Notes: generated from the letters alone by a model not told the origin. Positions 26,665 to 36,679 are shown, numbered from the stretch's first letter. The stretch is 64,000 bases of DNA from Desulfosudaceae bacterium (GCA_963674745.2 CAXXDV010000003.1:864001-928000), one strand, 5' to 3'. Made by a program: numbers and translations.

Positions 26665-29600
26665 GGATGATGCGCCCGGCGGGCTGATCCCCGGAATCGT
26701 CAAGCCCTTTCTTTCCGGCCGGCCGGCCATTATTCTATTGATTGTTTCGCTATGTTTGGGCGTTGCGGCCATTTTCGTCACCCCCCGGGAAGAAGATCCC
26801 CAGATCGTGGTTCCCCTGGCCGATATTTACGTTCAGGCCCCGGGAGCCGACCCTCAAGAGGTTGAAAAACTGGTGGCCACCCCCCTGGAAAACCTTTTAT
26901 GGCAGATCGACGGGGTTGAATACGTCTACTCCATGTCGCACAAGGGCCTGGCCATTGTGACCGTCCGTTTCTACGTCGGCCAGGACCGGGAGGATTCCCT
27001 GGTCAAGCTGCACAATCAGATTACCATGCACATCGACCAGGTGCCGTCCATTGTACGCGGCTGGGTGATCAAGCCGGTGGAGATCGACGATGTTCCGATT
27101 GTCAACCTGGCGCTTTATTCCGAACGCTATGACGATCATGAGCTGCGCCGCATCGGCGAGGAAGTGCTCTGGCGGCTGTCCCGGATCCGGAATATTTCCC
27201 GTACCTTTATTACCGGTGGCCGCCCCAGGGAAATCCGCGTGGAAATTCTGCCGGAACGCCTGAACGGCTACAACATTTCCCTGCTTCAGATCCGGCAGGC
27301 CCTGCAGGGGGCGGACGCGGCCGTTACGGCCGGACATATGGACCGTCTTAACACCCGTTTCCAAATTAATATCAATTCTTTTCTGCGTTCGGTGGACGAA
27401 GTCTCGGCGCTGGTGGTCGGCGTTCGCGCCGGACGGCCGGTTTATCTGCGTGACCTGGCCGTTATCACCGACGGCCCGGCCGAGGTCGCTCATTATACCC
27501 GTTTCAGCCACTCCTGCCGCTATCGGCAGGCAGCCGGGCTGGAGGATCAGCCCCGGGAATATCCGGCGGTGACCCTTTCTCTGGCCAAAAAACCCGGTAC
27601 CAACGCCGTGGAAGTGTCGCGTGATATTCTGAACCTGCTGGATGAATTAAAAAAGAAAATCATCCCCGAAGAGGTCCGCATCGAGGTTACCCGCAACTAC
27701 GGCTACAATGCCCAGGAAAAGGTCAACGACCTCTTGTCTTCCCTGGGGTTCGCCGTTTTGACGGTGGTGATTCTGCTGGCCTTCACCCTCGGCCGGCGGG
27801 AAGCCCTGGTGGTGGCCGTGGCGGTGCCGGTCAGTTTCAGCCTGGCCCTTTTTGTGAACTATCTTTTCGGTTATACCATCAACCGGGTCACCCTGTTTGC
27901 CCTGATTCTTTCTTTGGGTCTGGTGGTTGATGATCCCATCACCAACGTGGACAATATTCAGCGTCATATTTTCATGGGCCGGCGCAAGCCGTTTGCCGCC
28001 ACCCTGTTCGCGGTCAATGAAGTGCTGCCCCCGGTGATCATGTCGACCATCGCCATCATCATCTCTTTTGTCCCGCTTTTCTTCATTACCGGCATGATGG
28101 GGCCTTATATGGCGCCCATGTCGGTCAATGTTCCCCTGACGGTTATTTTTTCAACCGTGTGCGCCCTGACCATTGTTCCCTGGATGACCTACGCGCTGCT
28201 GAAAAAACACCCCCTGTCGGACCAGCGGTCAAACGGGGCGGGGGAGGGCGGTCCGCCGGCATGGATCTCCGGAACATACCGGAAAATCGTCACCCCCTTT
28301 CTGGAATCCCGTTCCCGTCGCTACCTTCTGCTGATGGCCATTATCGGGCTGATGCTGTTTTCCGTGGCGTTGGTGATTTTTCGTGTCGTGCCGCTTAAAA
28401 TGCTGCCCTTTGACAATAAAAACGAGTTTCAGATCGTGATCGACATGCCGGAAGGGACGACTCTGGAATCGACCGATGCCGTAGTCCGGGAGTTTGAAGA
28501 CTATCTGCGGCGGGTCAGCGAAGTCAATAATGTCATTTCTTATGTCGGCACGGTTTCCCCCATGGATTTTAACGGCATGGTCAGGCATTATTATCTGCGC
28601 CAAAGCCCTAACCTGGCCGATATCCGGGTCAACCTGGCCTTGAAGGACGAACGCCGGCAGCAAAGTCATTCCATTGTGCTCGGCTTGAGAAACGATCTGA
28701 TGGAAATCGCCCGCGAAAACAATGCCCGCATCCAGATCGTCGAAGTGCCGCCCGGTCCGCCGGTTCTGGCCACTATTGTGGCGGAAATTTACGGTACGCC
28801 CAATCAGTCTTATGATGAACTGGTTGCGGCCACAGATCATGTCCGGCGGATTATGGCCCGGGAACCCGGCGTGGTGGACATCGATGACATGACCGCCATG
28901 CCCTGTGAGCAGATCGATTTTTTCGTCGACCGGGAGAAAGCCGCCCTCCACGGCGTCTCCGCCATGGCCGTGATCAACGCCCTTAAAATCGCGGTCGGCG
29001 GAGAGACCTCGATCACCCTGCATGTCCCGGACCAGCGGCAGCCCCTGCATGTCCGGATGATCCTGCCCCGGGAATACCGCAGCACCATGTCATCGCTGAT
29101 CCAGATCCCCATGACCGCGCTGGACGGCGGCATGGTTCCGCTGGCGGAACTGGTCAGATATGACTACAGCACCAATGACCAGACCATTTTTCATAAAAAC
29201 CTGGACAGGGTGGTCTATGTCCTGGCGGAGGTAGCCGGCCGGGCACCGGCCGAAGCGATACTGGGAATGAAGAAATGGCTGTGCCGGGACCCGCTGCCTG
29301 AAGGGATCCGCGTCGAATGGGCCGGTGAAGGGGAATGGAAAATCACCCTGCGGGTGTTTCGCGATATGGGAATCGCCTTTGCGGCCGCCCTGATTGGGAT
29401 TTATATCCTGATGATCATTCAGACCGGTTCTTTCTTCATGCCGCTGTTGATCATGATGGCCATACCCCTGACCCTGATCGGTATCATGCCCGGGTTCTGG
29501 CTGCTGAACATGGTTGCCGGAGGTACCGTCGGCGGCTACCAGGATTTGATTTTTTTTACCGCGACGAGCATGATCGGCATGATCGCCCTGGGCGGTATCG

Positions 29601-29887
29601 TGATTCGAAATTCACTGGTGTTGATCGAATTCATCCAGGACTCGATAAAAGAAAACATGCCCGTCAAGGAAGCCATCCTTCAGAGCGGCGCCATTCGCAT
29701 GCGGCCCATTGTGCTCACGGCGCTTACGACGGCCCTGGGCGCCTGGCCGATTACGCTGGACCCGATTTTTTCCGGGTTGGCCTGGGCCTTGATTTTCGGC
29801 CTGTTCGCCTCGACCCTGTTTACCCTGCTGGTGGTGCCGGTCAGTTACTACGCCTTTTACGGCCGGAAACCCGCCGAACAGGGGTAA
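26654..29887 (+). CDS. RND efflux transporter permease (AcrB family)
   Basis: 1077 aa; TPREEDPQI, GLVVDD, GIVIRNS, RMRPIVLTA. Confidence 0.93.
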   Translation: MANKDDAPGGLIPGIVKPFLSGRPAIILLIVSLCLGVAAIFVTPREEDPQIVVPLADIYVQAPGADPQEVEKLVATPLENLLWQIDGVEYVYSMSHKGLAIVTVRFYVGQDREDSLVKLHNQITMHIDQVPSIVRGWVIKPVEIDDVPIVNLALYSERYDDHELRRIGEEVLWRLSRIRNISRTFITGGRPREIRVEILPERLNGYNISLLQIRQALQGADAAVTAGHMDRLNTRFQININSFLRSVDEVSALVVGVRAGRPVYLRDLAVITDGPAEVAHYTRFSHSCRYRQAAGLEDQPREYPAVTLSLAKKPGTNAVEVSRDILNLLDELKKKIIPEEVRIEVTRNYGYNAQEKVNDLLSSLGFAVLTVVILLAFTLGRREALVVAVAVPVSFSLALFVNYLFGYTINRVTLFALILSLGLVVDDPITNVDNIQRHIFMGRRKPFAATLFAVNEVLPPVIMSTIAIIISFVPLFFITGMMGPYMAPMSVNVPLTVIFSTVCALTIVPWMTYALLKKHPLSDQRSNGAGEGGPPAWISGTYRKIVTPFLESRSRRYLLLMAIIGLMLFSVALVIFRVVPLKMLPFDNKNEFQIVIDMPEGTTLESTDAVVREFEDYLRRVSEVNNVISYVGTVSPMDFNGMVRHYYLRQSPNLADIRVNLALKDERRQQSHSIVLGLRNDLMEIARENNARIQIVEVPPGPPVLATIVAEIYGTPNQSYDELVAATDHVRRIMAREPGVVDIDDMTAMPCEQIDFFVDREKAALHGVSAMAVINALKIAVGGETSITLHVPDQRQPLHVRMILPREYRSTMSSLIQIPMTALDGGMVPLAELVRYDYSTNDQTIFHKNLDRVVYVLAEVAGRAPAEAILGMKKWLCRDPLPEGIRVEWAGEGEWKITLRVFRDMGIAFAAALIGIYILMIIQTGSFFMPLLIMMAIPLTLIGIMPGFWLLNMVAGGTVGGYQDLIFFTATSMIGMIALGGIVIRNSLVLIEFIQDSIKENMPVKEAILQSGAIRMRPIVLTALTTALGAWPITLDPIFSGLAWALIFGLFASTLFTLLVVPVSYYAFYGRKPAEQG

Positions 29888-29932
29888 TAACCTTCCGGCA
29901 CCGTTACCGCCAACGCCTGCTGCCGGCTGGCA

Positions 29933-30538
29933 CTAATCTTCAAAAACCCTGGCGATGATGTCGGTCAGACGCAGCGTGTGCTTCCGGATTTCCGTGTCAG
30001 TACGGCCGGGATAGCGGGCGTAACTGATCATGACACCGTTCAAGGCCGCGAACAGGGCGTGCGCCCGTATTCGGTTGCCGCTCTTTTCGACTGATTCGGC
30101 GGTTCCGTCCAGCCCGACTTCAATCCGGTCCAAAAGGCCGCGCATGGCCAGATTCAGTTTTTCGGTCGCCTGGGAGCCCAGATTATTTCCCAGCATGAAG
30201 TGACTCATCATCTGGTAAAATGTCATGTTCGTGTTCAGGTAATCCACGTATATCCGGCACAGGTCAATCAGCGAGACCGGACCCGATGCCTCCTGACGGT
30301 CGATTATCTGGGTGAGTTCCCGGGAACATTGCAGAAAAATATCCAGAAACAGTTGATCCAGACTTTCGTAATAGTTATAAATCGTGCCCACACTGATTTC
30401 CCCCTGGCGGGCGATTTCACGGACCGTAACCTGCCGGAAGTCCTTTGTCGCAAAAAGCTCCCGGGCGGCTTCCAGAATGAGGTTCCGGCGGGCGTCTTTT
30501 TCCTGTTGTTTCAATTCAGCCAGGGTCAATGCGGGCAT
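29933..30538 (-). CDS. TetR/AcrR family transcriptional regulator
   Basis: VTVREIARQGEISVGTIYNYY HTH; ATG at 30538 with GAAGGGG RBS. The longer ORF start lies within a REP. Confidence 0.88.
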   Translation of the reverse strand: MPALTLAELKQQEKDARRNLILEAARELFATKDFRQVTVREIARQGEISVGTIYNYYESLDQLFLDIFLQCSRELTQIIDRQEASGPVSLIDLCRIYVDYLNTNMTFYQMMSHFMLGNNLGSQATEKLNLAMRGLLDRIEVGLDGTAESVEKSGNRIRAHALFAALNGVMISYARYPGRTDTEIRKHTLRLTDIIARVFED

Positions 30539-30571
30539 AGTGTTCATCCCCTTCAGGTGACTAACTTTAAT

Positions 30572-30662
30572 GGGTGCCACGGGCCAAGCCACAGGCTTGC
30601 CCGTGTTTTAATCCACTAACCACATGTTTGCACGGGCAAGCTTCGCTTCGCCCGTGGCACCC
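30572..30662. repeat. Inverted doublet of GGTG-footed REP-like palindromes
   Basis: GGGTGCCACGGGC..GCCCGTG at 30572-30605 and the inverted copy at 30631-30662; homologous to 44315-44402 and 8045-8076. Confidence 0.85.
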
Positions 30663-30677
30663 TATAATGCCTTATTT

Positions 30678-31949
30678 TTATTTCCCGTACTCCTCGTGAA
30701 TCCGCATCATATCATCGTCCGTAAAGCAGCGCTCGGTTTCGTCCGGGTTGAGGGCATCATCTTCCATTTTGCGGCGGTCATAGGCCGGATCAAGCACCTG
30801 TTTGTAATATTCATGCTGAATCAGGAGTTTCATGATTTCATTGGTGCCGGTCCAGATCATGGACAGGCGGGTGTCACGCAGGGCCCGTTCAATGGGGTAT
30901 ACCTCGGTATAACCGATGCCGCCCATCATCTGCATGGCCTTGTTGACCACATTCCAGGCCGTTTCGGTGGCGCACTTTTTGGCTTCACTGACCAGTCGGC
31001 GGGAATAGGGATAATTGTTATCAACAGCTTTGGCGGCAATATAACACAGGCCCCGGGCCGCATCGAGTTCGGTAATGGCGTCGGCCAGCATGAAGCTGAC
31101 GGCCTGGTATTTGCGGATTTCCTGGCCGAATGCCCGGCGCCGGTTGGAATAGCGGGCGGCCAGGTCCAGGGCGCCCCAAAGGGCCAGGCTGCCGCCGGCC
31201 GAGGTCATACGTTCGGGAATCATCATCTGGTGAAAGCACAGGGCGCCGCCGTGGAGTTCACCGATAATGTTTTCCCTGGGTACTTTGACATCCCGGAACA
31301 CCAGCCGGCCGGTTCCGCCGCCCCGGCAGCCCATCAGCCCGTAGAGGTATTCGGTTTCAACGCCCGGGCCCCGGTCTACCAGCAACAGGCTCAGGCGGCC
31401 GTACTTGTGGGCGCTTTCGTCAAAATTGGTCCGGCAATAAACAAGGAAGAAATCCGCGCCTTCGGCCCCGACCACAAACCGTTTCTGTCCGTTTAAGATA
31501 AAATGATCGTCATGGACTTCGGCCCGGGTCATGGCGCCAAAGAAATCCGATCCGCCCCGGGGTTCGGTCAGTGCTTCAGCCGCGACCAGCTTCCCTTCCA
31601 GGTAGGGCTTTAAGTATTTTTGTTTCTGCTCTTCGGTGCCGAACACGTTCAGTGCTTCTCCCACGATGGACGGCATGGAATAGGCGCAACCAAGGGCGAT
31701 ACCCAGGCAGCCGATCTCTTCTAACACAGCGATTTCGGCGGTCCAGCCCATGCCGCGGCCGCCGTATTGTTCCGGAAAACGGACGCCCAGCAGTTTCCGT
31801 GCGGCCAGTTTTTCGACAAACTCGCGGGGATAGGTAATCTCGTTTTTATCCATCTGCCGAAGAAAATCGCTGGAAATTTCTTCGCGGACAAATGCTCTGG
31901 CCTCTTTTTTCAGCGCCTGTTCCTCGGGCGTGAGCAGAAAATCATACAT
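30678..31949 (-). CDS. Acyl-CoA dehydrogenase
   Basis: ALTEPRGGSD, LNGQKRFV, QMMGGIGY, IWTGTNEI. Confidence 0.93.
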   Translation of the reverse strand: MYDFLLTPEEQALKKEARAFVREEISSDFLRQMDKNEITYPREFVEKLAARKLLGVRFPEQYGGRGMGWTAEIAVLEEIGCLGIALGCAYSMPSIVGEALNVFGTEEQKQKYLKPYLEGKLVAAEALTEPRGGSDFFGAMTRAEVHDDHFILNGQKRFVVGAEGADFFLVYCRTNFDESAHKYGRLSLLLVDRGPGVETEYLYGLMGCRGGGTGRLVFRDVKVPRENIIGELHGGALCFHQMMIPERMTSAGGSLALWGALDLAARYSNRRRAFGQEIRKYQAVSFMLADAITELDAARGLCYIAAKAVDNNYPYSRRLVSEAKKCATETAWNVVNKAMQMMGGIGYTEVYPIERALRDTRLSMIWTGTNEIMKLLIQHEYYKQVLDPAYDRRKMEDDALNPDETERCFTDDDMMRIHEEYGK

Positions 31950-32150
31950 ACGGCCTCCTTATAATGAAGTGTTGTTTCCGCCATTAATTGAACTATGAAT
32001 TTTATAGTGAACATTGCTCATTTTGTCAAGAAAAAAGATTTTTCGTGTCTTTTGTTCATTCTGAAACGCTTGATTTTTTTAACTTTGGTGCTATAGTTGG
32101 CACGACGGTCAGACGGTGTTGTCTGCAATCACCATGACGGAGCGTAAAAA

Positions 32151-32864
32151 ATGGAACAACCGATTTTATATGAATGTGAGGGGCCGGTGGCCATCATCCG
32201 CCTGAACCGGCCGGATAGGCGCAATGCCATCAACGAAGCACTGCTGCGCGGTCTTTACGACAGTCTTGAAAAACTGACCGGTGACGATGCTATTAAAGTC
32301 GCTGTTATCACCGGGGTTGGTAAGGCGTTCTGTTCAGGCCTTGACCTGGATTGCCTGGCCACGGACAATCTTCTTGACCCCAGGGGTGACGGCCGTGACA
32401 TGGTGGATCTGATCAATGCCTGTGATAAACCGATCATCGGGGCTGTAAATGGTTTCGCCATTACCGGCGGTTTTGAACTGGCCTTAAACTGTGATTTTCT
32501 GATCGCCGGCCAGAGTGCAGCTTTTGCCGATACCCATGCCAAAGTCGGCATTCAGCCGGGCTGGGGGATGACCCAGTTGCTGCAGCAGGCCGTGGGACAA
32601 CGCATGGCCAAGCAGATGTCTTTGACCTGCCGGTTTATATCAGCCGAACAGGCGCTTCAATTCGGGCTGGTCAATGAAGTGGTGCCGGACGAAGAGCTGA
32701 TGCCCCGGGTCATGGCCATAGCCGAATTCATCTGCTCGGTCAATTATGATATGGCCCTGACCGTCAAACGGTTGATTGAGCACCAGAATCAGGCCTTCTT
32801 AAACGACTCAATGCGTCATGAGCGTCAAAATTTAAAGGCCATGGTAGCGGCTTTTAAAAAATAA
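32151..32864 (+). CDS. Enoyl-CoA hydratase/isomerase (crotonase family)
   Basis: LNRPDRRNA, AFCSGLDL, KPIIGAVNGFAITGGFELALNCD. Confidence 0.93.
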   Translation: MEQPILYECEGPVAIIRLNRPDRRNAINEALLRGLYDSLEKLTGDDAIKVAVITGVGKAFCSGLDLDCLATDNLLDPRGDGRDMVDLINACDKPIIGAVNGFAITGGFELALNCDFLIAGQSAAFADTHAKVGIQPGWGMTQLLQQAVGQRMAKQMSLTCRFISAEQALQFGLVNEVVPDEELMPRVMAIAEFICSVNYDMALTVKRLIEHQNQAFLNDSMRHERQNLKAMVAAFKK

Positions 32865-32901
32865 AAGCCACCGGCTGAATAAAACGGTTTAATCTTGGCG
32901 C

Positions 32902-32955
32902 TTGACATCTTACGAGTGGACGGCTATAAATATTTTTATGAGTATATGCTCATAA
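32902..32955 (+). promoter_or_regulatory. Sigma70 promoter with a downstream palindromic operator
   Basis: TTGACA (32902) - 17 bp - TATAAA (32925); TTATGAGTATATGCTCATAA palindrome at 32936-32955. Confidence 0.65.
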
Positions 32956-32965
32956 TGTGAAAAAA

Positions 32966-33391
32966 ATGTCCAGACCAAAGAAAACAAGAAATATCGTCTG
33001 TGATCCGGACGTCAGTTACTTCAAACCCCGGGGGGTTCCGCTTCGGGATCTTGAAGAGGTGTCTTTGACGGTTGATGAATATGAGGCCATCCGGCTGGCG
33101 GATCTTTTCGGCCTGTCTCACGAAGAAGCCGGCAAACGGATGGGGGTCTCACGGGCCACATTCGGACGGATTATTCAAAAAGCCCGCCGCTCAGTGGCCG
33201 AGGCCCTGGTCAACGGCATGGCCATCCGGATTGAAGGCGGGGATTATATGTCGGCTGATCGGGAAGCGGAATCTTTTATGTGTGATGAATGCGGGAGTAC
33301 CTGGAAGGACCTGCCGGATACGGAGCAGCAGTTAAGGTGCCCCCGCTGTAACCAGGATACACCCAAGAAAGTTGAATCAGAGCATGATTAA
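32966..33391 (+). CDS. DUF134 (UPF0251) HTH protein with C-terminal Zn-ribbon
   Basis: MSRPKK..YFKPRG..EYEAIRLAD..MGVSRATF; CDEC..CPRC. Confidence 0.88.
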   Translation: MSRPKKTRNIVCDPDVSYFKPRGVPLRDLEEVSLTVDEYEAIRLADLFGLSHEEAGKRMGVSRATFGRIIQKARRSVAEALVNGMAIRIEGGDYMSADREAESFMCDECGSTWKDLPDTEQQLRCPRCNQDTPKKVESEHD

Positions 33392-33409
33392 ATGAGTTTA
33401 TTGATTCTT

Positions 33410-33459
33410 CGTCATCCCGGCCAGTGGAGCGGAGCGGAACGTGAGCCGGGATCCAGTAT
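33410..33459 (+). repeat. CGTC-footed palindromic repeat, copy 1
   Basis: CGTCATCCCGGCCAGTGGAGCGGAGCGGAACGTGAGCCGGGATCCAGTAT; a similar inverted copy lies at 44473-44522. Confidence 0.8.
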
Positions 33460-33523
33460 GAAATAGATATGATTCATTATGTAAATTATAGTTGTAAATT
33501 TTTTAACGAAGGGATGAGAAACA

Positions 33524-34375
33524 ATGAGTAAGACACAGCAGGGTGTTCCCTTGTGCGGAACAAAAGAGGCGCAGCCGAAAAAGGATGACCCCGAGGTAAA
33601 GATAAAGGCTTCGTTGGACAAGATTAAACATAAGTTTATCGTCATGAGCGGCAAGGGTGGGGTGGGCAAAACCAGCACTTCCGTCAATCTGGCCTTTGCC
33701 CTGGCCGGCAAAGGTTATAAGGTCGGCCTGATGGACGTGGATATTCATGGCCCGGATATCCCCCGTATGCTCGGTCTGGACGGCATGCCCGGCGTTACGC
33801 CCGACCGCAAGATGATTCCGGTCAAATATTCGGATAACCTCGGGATTATATCCATCGAGTCCTTAAGTCAGAGCAAGGACGATGCCATTATTTGGCGTGG
33901 CCCGGTCAAGCATTCGGTAATTCAGCAGTTCATCGGTGATGTGGCCTGGGGTGACCTTGACTTTCTGATTATTGATTCACCTCCCGGTACCGGCGACGAG
34001 CCCCTGACCGTGGCCCAGGTGGTTACCGGCGCCAAGGCCATTATCGTCACCACGCCCCAGGAAGTGGCCCTGGCCGATGTCCGCAAGTCCATCAATTTCT
34101 GTAAAACCGTAAAAATGGAACCCTTCGGCCTGATCGAAAACATGAGCGGTTATACCTGCCCCCATTGTGGCAAGGACGTCAAGCTGTTCGGTACGGGCGG
34201 AGGCGAGAAGACTGCCAATGATACCGGCATCAATTTTCTGGGATACATTCCATTTGATGCCAATATGGTTCAGTGCGGCGACAGCGGCAACTCCTTCCGG
34301 GAACAATACCCGGATTCGCCGGTGACCAAAGCATTTGAGAAAGTGGCCGATGGGATGGCCAAGCTTTTGGATTAA
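33524..34375 (+). CDS. apbC: Mrp/NBP35 (ApbC) Fe-S cluster carrier ATPase
   Basis: SGKGGVGKT, DVDIHGP, IIWRGP, DSPPGTGD, ENMS..CPHC. Confidence 0.92.
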   Translation: MSKTQQGVPLCGTKEAQPKKDDPEVKIKASLDKIKHKFIVMSGKGGVGKTSTSVNLAFALAGKGYKVGLMDVDIHGPDIPRMLGLDGMPGVTPDRKMIPVKYSDNLGIISIESLSQSKDDAIIWRGPVKHSVIQQFIGDVAWGDLDFLIIDSPPGTGDEPLTVAQVVTGAKAIIVTTPQEVALADVRKSINFCKTVKMEPFGLIENMSGYTCPHCGKDVKLFGTGGGEKTANDTGINFLGYIPFDANMVQCGDSGNSFREQYPDSPVTKAFEKVADGMAKLLD

Positions 34376-34431
34376 GGTTTTAGCGTGTTAAGTGATTACG
34401 TGTTTAAGTGGTCATGTAGTGAAAGGCTTTA

Positions 34432-36191
34432 CAGGCTGTCCAACAACCTGTTGTTTGAGCCCCCGCGTTCATGTTTGAAAATTGTAAATTTTTCCTTTAA
34501 AGATAGCTAAAAAATTAAATTATATACTTGATTTTATTGAAAAAATATTATATTTATAACTCCAAGTCAATCTTATTTCGAGGAGTTTATTTTGAGCGTC
34601 CGTGAACCCAAAAACGTCAGGCCTTATTGCCAAAACCAAAGTCTTTTGTTTCCTCCCAACCTGCTGGACTTTATCCAACATTATGACCTCTGCATGGTTG
34701 TCGATGATGTCGTCAACACGCTTGATCTCTCCTGTCTTTACCGCAAAACATCTTATGAAGGGAACATGTCGTATCATCCTAAAATGATGTTGAAAGTCCT
34801 GTTCTATTCCTATGCCAGCGGGATCTTCAGTTCTCGCCGCATTGCCAAAGCGTTGGGTGAAAATATCGCCCTTATCTATCTGGCCGCCTGGCAACGGCCG
34901 GACTTCCGCACGGTTAATAACTTCAGGCGCAACAATTTAAGCGAGCTTGAGGATTTATTTATTCAAATTGTCCGTCTCTGCCAGCAGCTTAAAATGGTTA
35001 CACTCGGCCATATATCTATCGATGGTTCCAAGTTCAAAGCCAATGCCGCGGATCGGCAGTCATATGACCGGGCCCGCATTGAAAAAGAGATGAAGCGTCT
35101 TCTGGAAAAGGCGACGGAAAAAGATCGTGAAGAAGACGCTCTTTACGGTTCGGATAAATCCGGAGATGAACTTCCCGAGGATATCCGGAACCGGAACCGC
35201 CGTATCGAAAGATTAAAAAAACTTCGGCAGCAACTGGATCAGGAAGACAAGAAAAAACTCAATGCTACTGATCCAGAGGCGGTGTTCATGAAAACAAAAA
35301 ATCGTTTTCAAACATCATACAACGCGCAGGCCTCGGTCGACGAAACATCTCAGATTGTCATTGCCGCCAAGGTGATCAATACCAACGACCGGGATCAGTT
35401 GTTGCCGATGATTGAACAGACAGCACAAAACACACAGGCGTCGGTCCGTATCGTAAGCGCTGATGCCGGTTACAGTTCAGTCAATAACCTTGAAAAACTG
35501 GAAGGCATCGAAGGCCTAGACGCTTACATCCCGGATGATACCTACCAGAGCCACAGCCGCGGGCATAAAGACACGTCTTTTGATAAAAGCAAGTTCATTT
35601 ATGACGAATCGGCTGATGTGTTTACCTGCCCTGCCGGCAAGGCCTTAGCGTTCTGGCAAAGCAAGCAGGACAAATGCGCCGACTATCGGGTTTATCGCTG
35701 CCGGGAGTGCAAAGTCTGTCCGCATTTTGGAGAGTGCACCAAAAACAGACGAGGACGGACCATCTGGCGGATGGTGGGAGAAGAACGGATCAAAGCCATG
35801 CGCTCAAAGCTGGACAGTGACACCGGCAAGGCCATTTACGCTAAGCGAAAGCATATAGTCGAGCCTGTCTTCGGGCACATAAAAACAGTCATCGGTTTTA
35901 CCGGGTTCCACCTGCGGGGGTTACACAAGGTCAATGGGGAGTTCATGTTGGTGGCCATTGCCCACAATCTGAAAAAAATATCAAAAAAAGGTTACAAAAA
36001 AGGGATTGGCCTTACCCCAATGACAGTAAAAATGTAATACGGAGGCAGAGGAGCCTGGTTTTATGCTTCCAGCGACAAAAAAAGCTTGGCGTCGAGATAT
36101 TTAAATAAAATTTTCAAAGAGCAGGCGATCAACTAACGAAATCGGACCGCATAAAAATCAAAAACATATAGGAAGGCTGCGGGACAGCCTG
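34432..36191 (+). mobile_element. IS1182-family insertion sequence, apparently intact
   Basis: 18-bp imperfect terminal inverted repeats (CAGGCTGTCCAACAACCT / CAGGCTGTCCCGCAGCCT, 15/18) and a 4-bp direct repeat TTTA at 34428-34431 and 36192-36195. Confidence 0.9.
34592..36037 (+). CDS. IS1182-family DDE transposase
   Basis: YHPKMMLK..SSRRIA..PDFRT, IDGSKFKANA, TDPEA, SYNAQ, ADAGY, RKHIVEPVFGHIK, HNLKK. Confidence 0.93.
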   Translation: MSVREPKNVRPYCQNQSLLFPPNLLDFIQHYDLCMVVDDVVNTLDLSCLYRKTSYEGNMSYHPKMMLKVLFYSYASGIFSSRRIAKALGENIALIYLAAWQRPDFRTVNNFRRNNLSELEDLFIQIVRLCQQLKMVTLGHISIDGSKFKANAADRQSYDRARIEKEMKRLLEKATEKDREEDALYGSDKSGDELPEDIRNRNRRIERLKKLRQQLDQEDKKKLNATDPEAVFMKTKNRFQTSYNAQASVDETSQIVIAAKVINTNDRDQLLPMIEQTAQNTQASVRIVSADAGYSSVNNLEKLEGIEGLDAYIPDDTYQSHSRGHKDTSFDKSKFIYDESADVFTCPAGKALAFWQSKQDKCADYRVYRCRECKVCPHFGECTKNRRGRTIWRMVGEERIKAMRSKLDSDTGKAIYAKRKHIVEPVFGHIKTVIGFTGFHLRGLHKVNGEFMLVAIAHNLKKISKKGYKKGIGLTPMTVKM

Positions 36192-36267
36192 TTTAGCCTT
36201 CCAGCACGCAGGGTGGAAAGGCGACAGCGCATCCACCATTAACCTGAGATAATTCAAAAAATAATGC

Positions 36268-36388
36268 TCCTGTGCCTTGCACCCCGGCAACAAGTTGCCG
36301 GGGCCATCCGAGGCCGGGGCAACTTGCACGGTCGTGGGTGCCCGCACGGGTGGCACTGGCAACTCGTTGCCAGTGTGCGAAGCACACC
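36268..36388. repeat. Orphan copy of the RAYT-flanking REP doublet
   Basis: CACCCCGGCAACAAGTTGCCGGGG..GGGTGGCACTGGCAACTCGTTGCCAGTG matches 61446-61569. Confidence 0.85.
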
Positions 36389-36412
36389 CACCATTGTCCA
36401 AAAGAGGTTTTC

Positions 36413-36616
36413 TTGACACAAAAAAAAGACAACAATGTTGTCTATTTTAAAGCAAAGGACAGAATCCGGGTTTACCGGATAATTGACCGTTCCTGTGAAC
36501 TGGCCGCCAGTAAAGGACCTCACCCGCTTGACGTGGACTGTCAATGTCTGGCCTGTATGACAAAAAGAAAAAAAGCACTTCACCCGATCATTAAAAAGTG
36601 GAAGTTCTTTTTATAA
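36413..36616 (+). CDS. Putative small protein (67 aa) with an HxxxxxCxCxxC motif
   Basis: TTG start with GAGGT RBS 5 nt upstream; GPHPLDVDCQCLAC; followed by a terminator. Confidence 0.5.
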   Translation: MTQKKDNNVVYFKAKDRIRVYRIIDRSCELAASKGPHPLDVDCQCLACMTKRKKALHPIIKKWKFFL

Positions 36617-36679
36617 ACCAGCCTTCTCGGAATAATGCTTAAGGCGTCATTTTAAAGACAGATCGCAAAAGAAAATGAC

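Noticed and set aside
32097..32115. Possible sigma54 promoter (TTGGCACG)
   Set aside because: No TTGC at the -12 position.
36129..36583. Minus-strand ORFs over the IS right end and REP cluster
   Set aside because: They are translations of repeat DNA; the same pseudo-peptides appear at 61239-61837.
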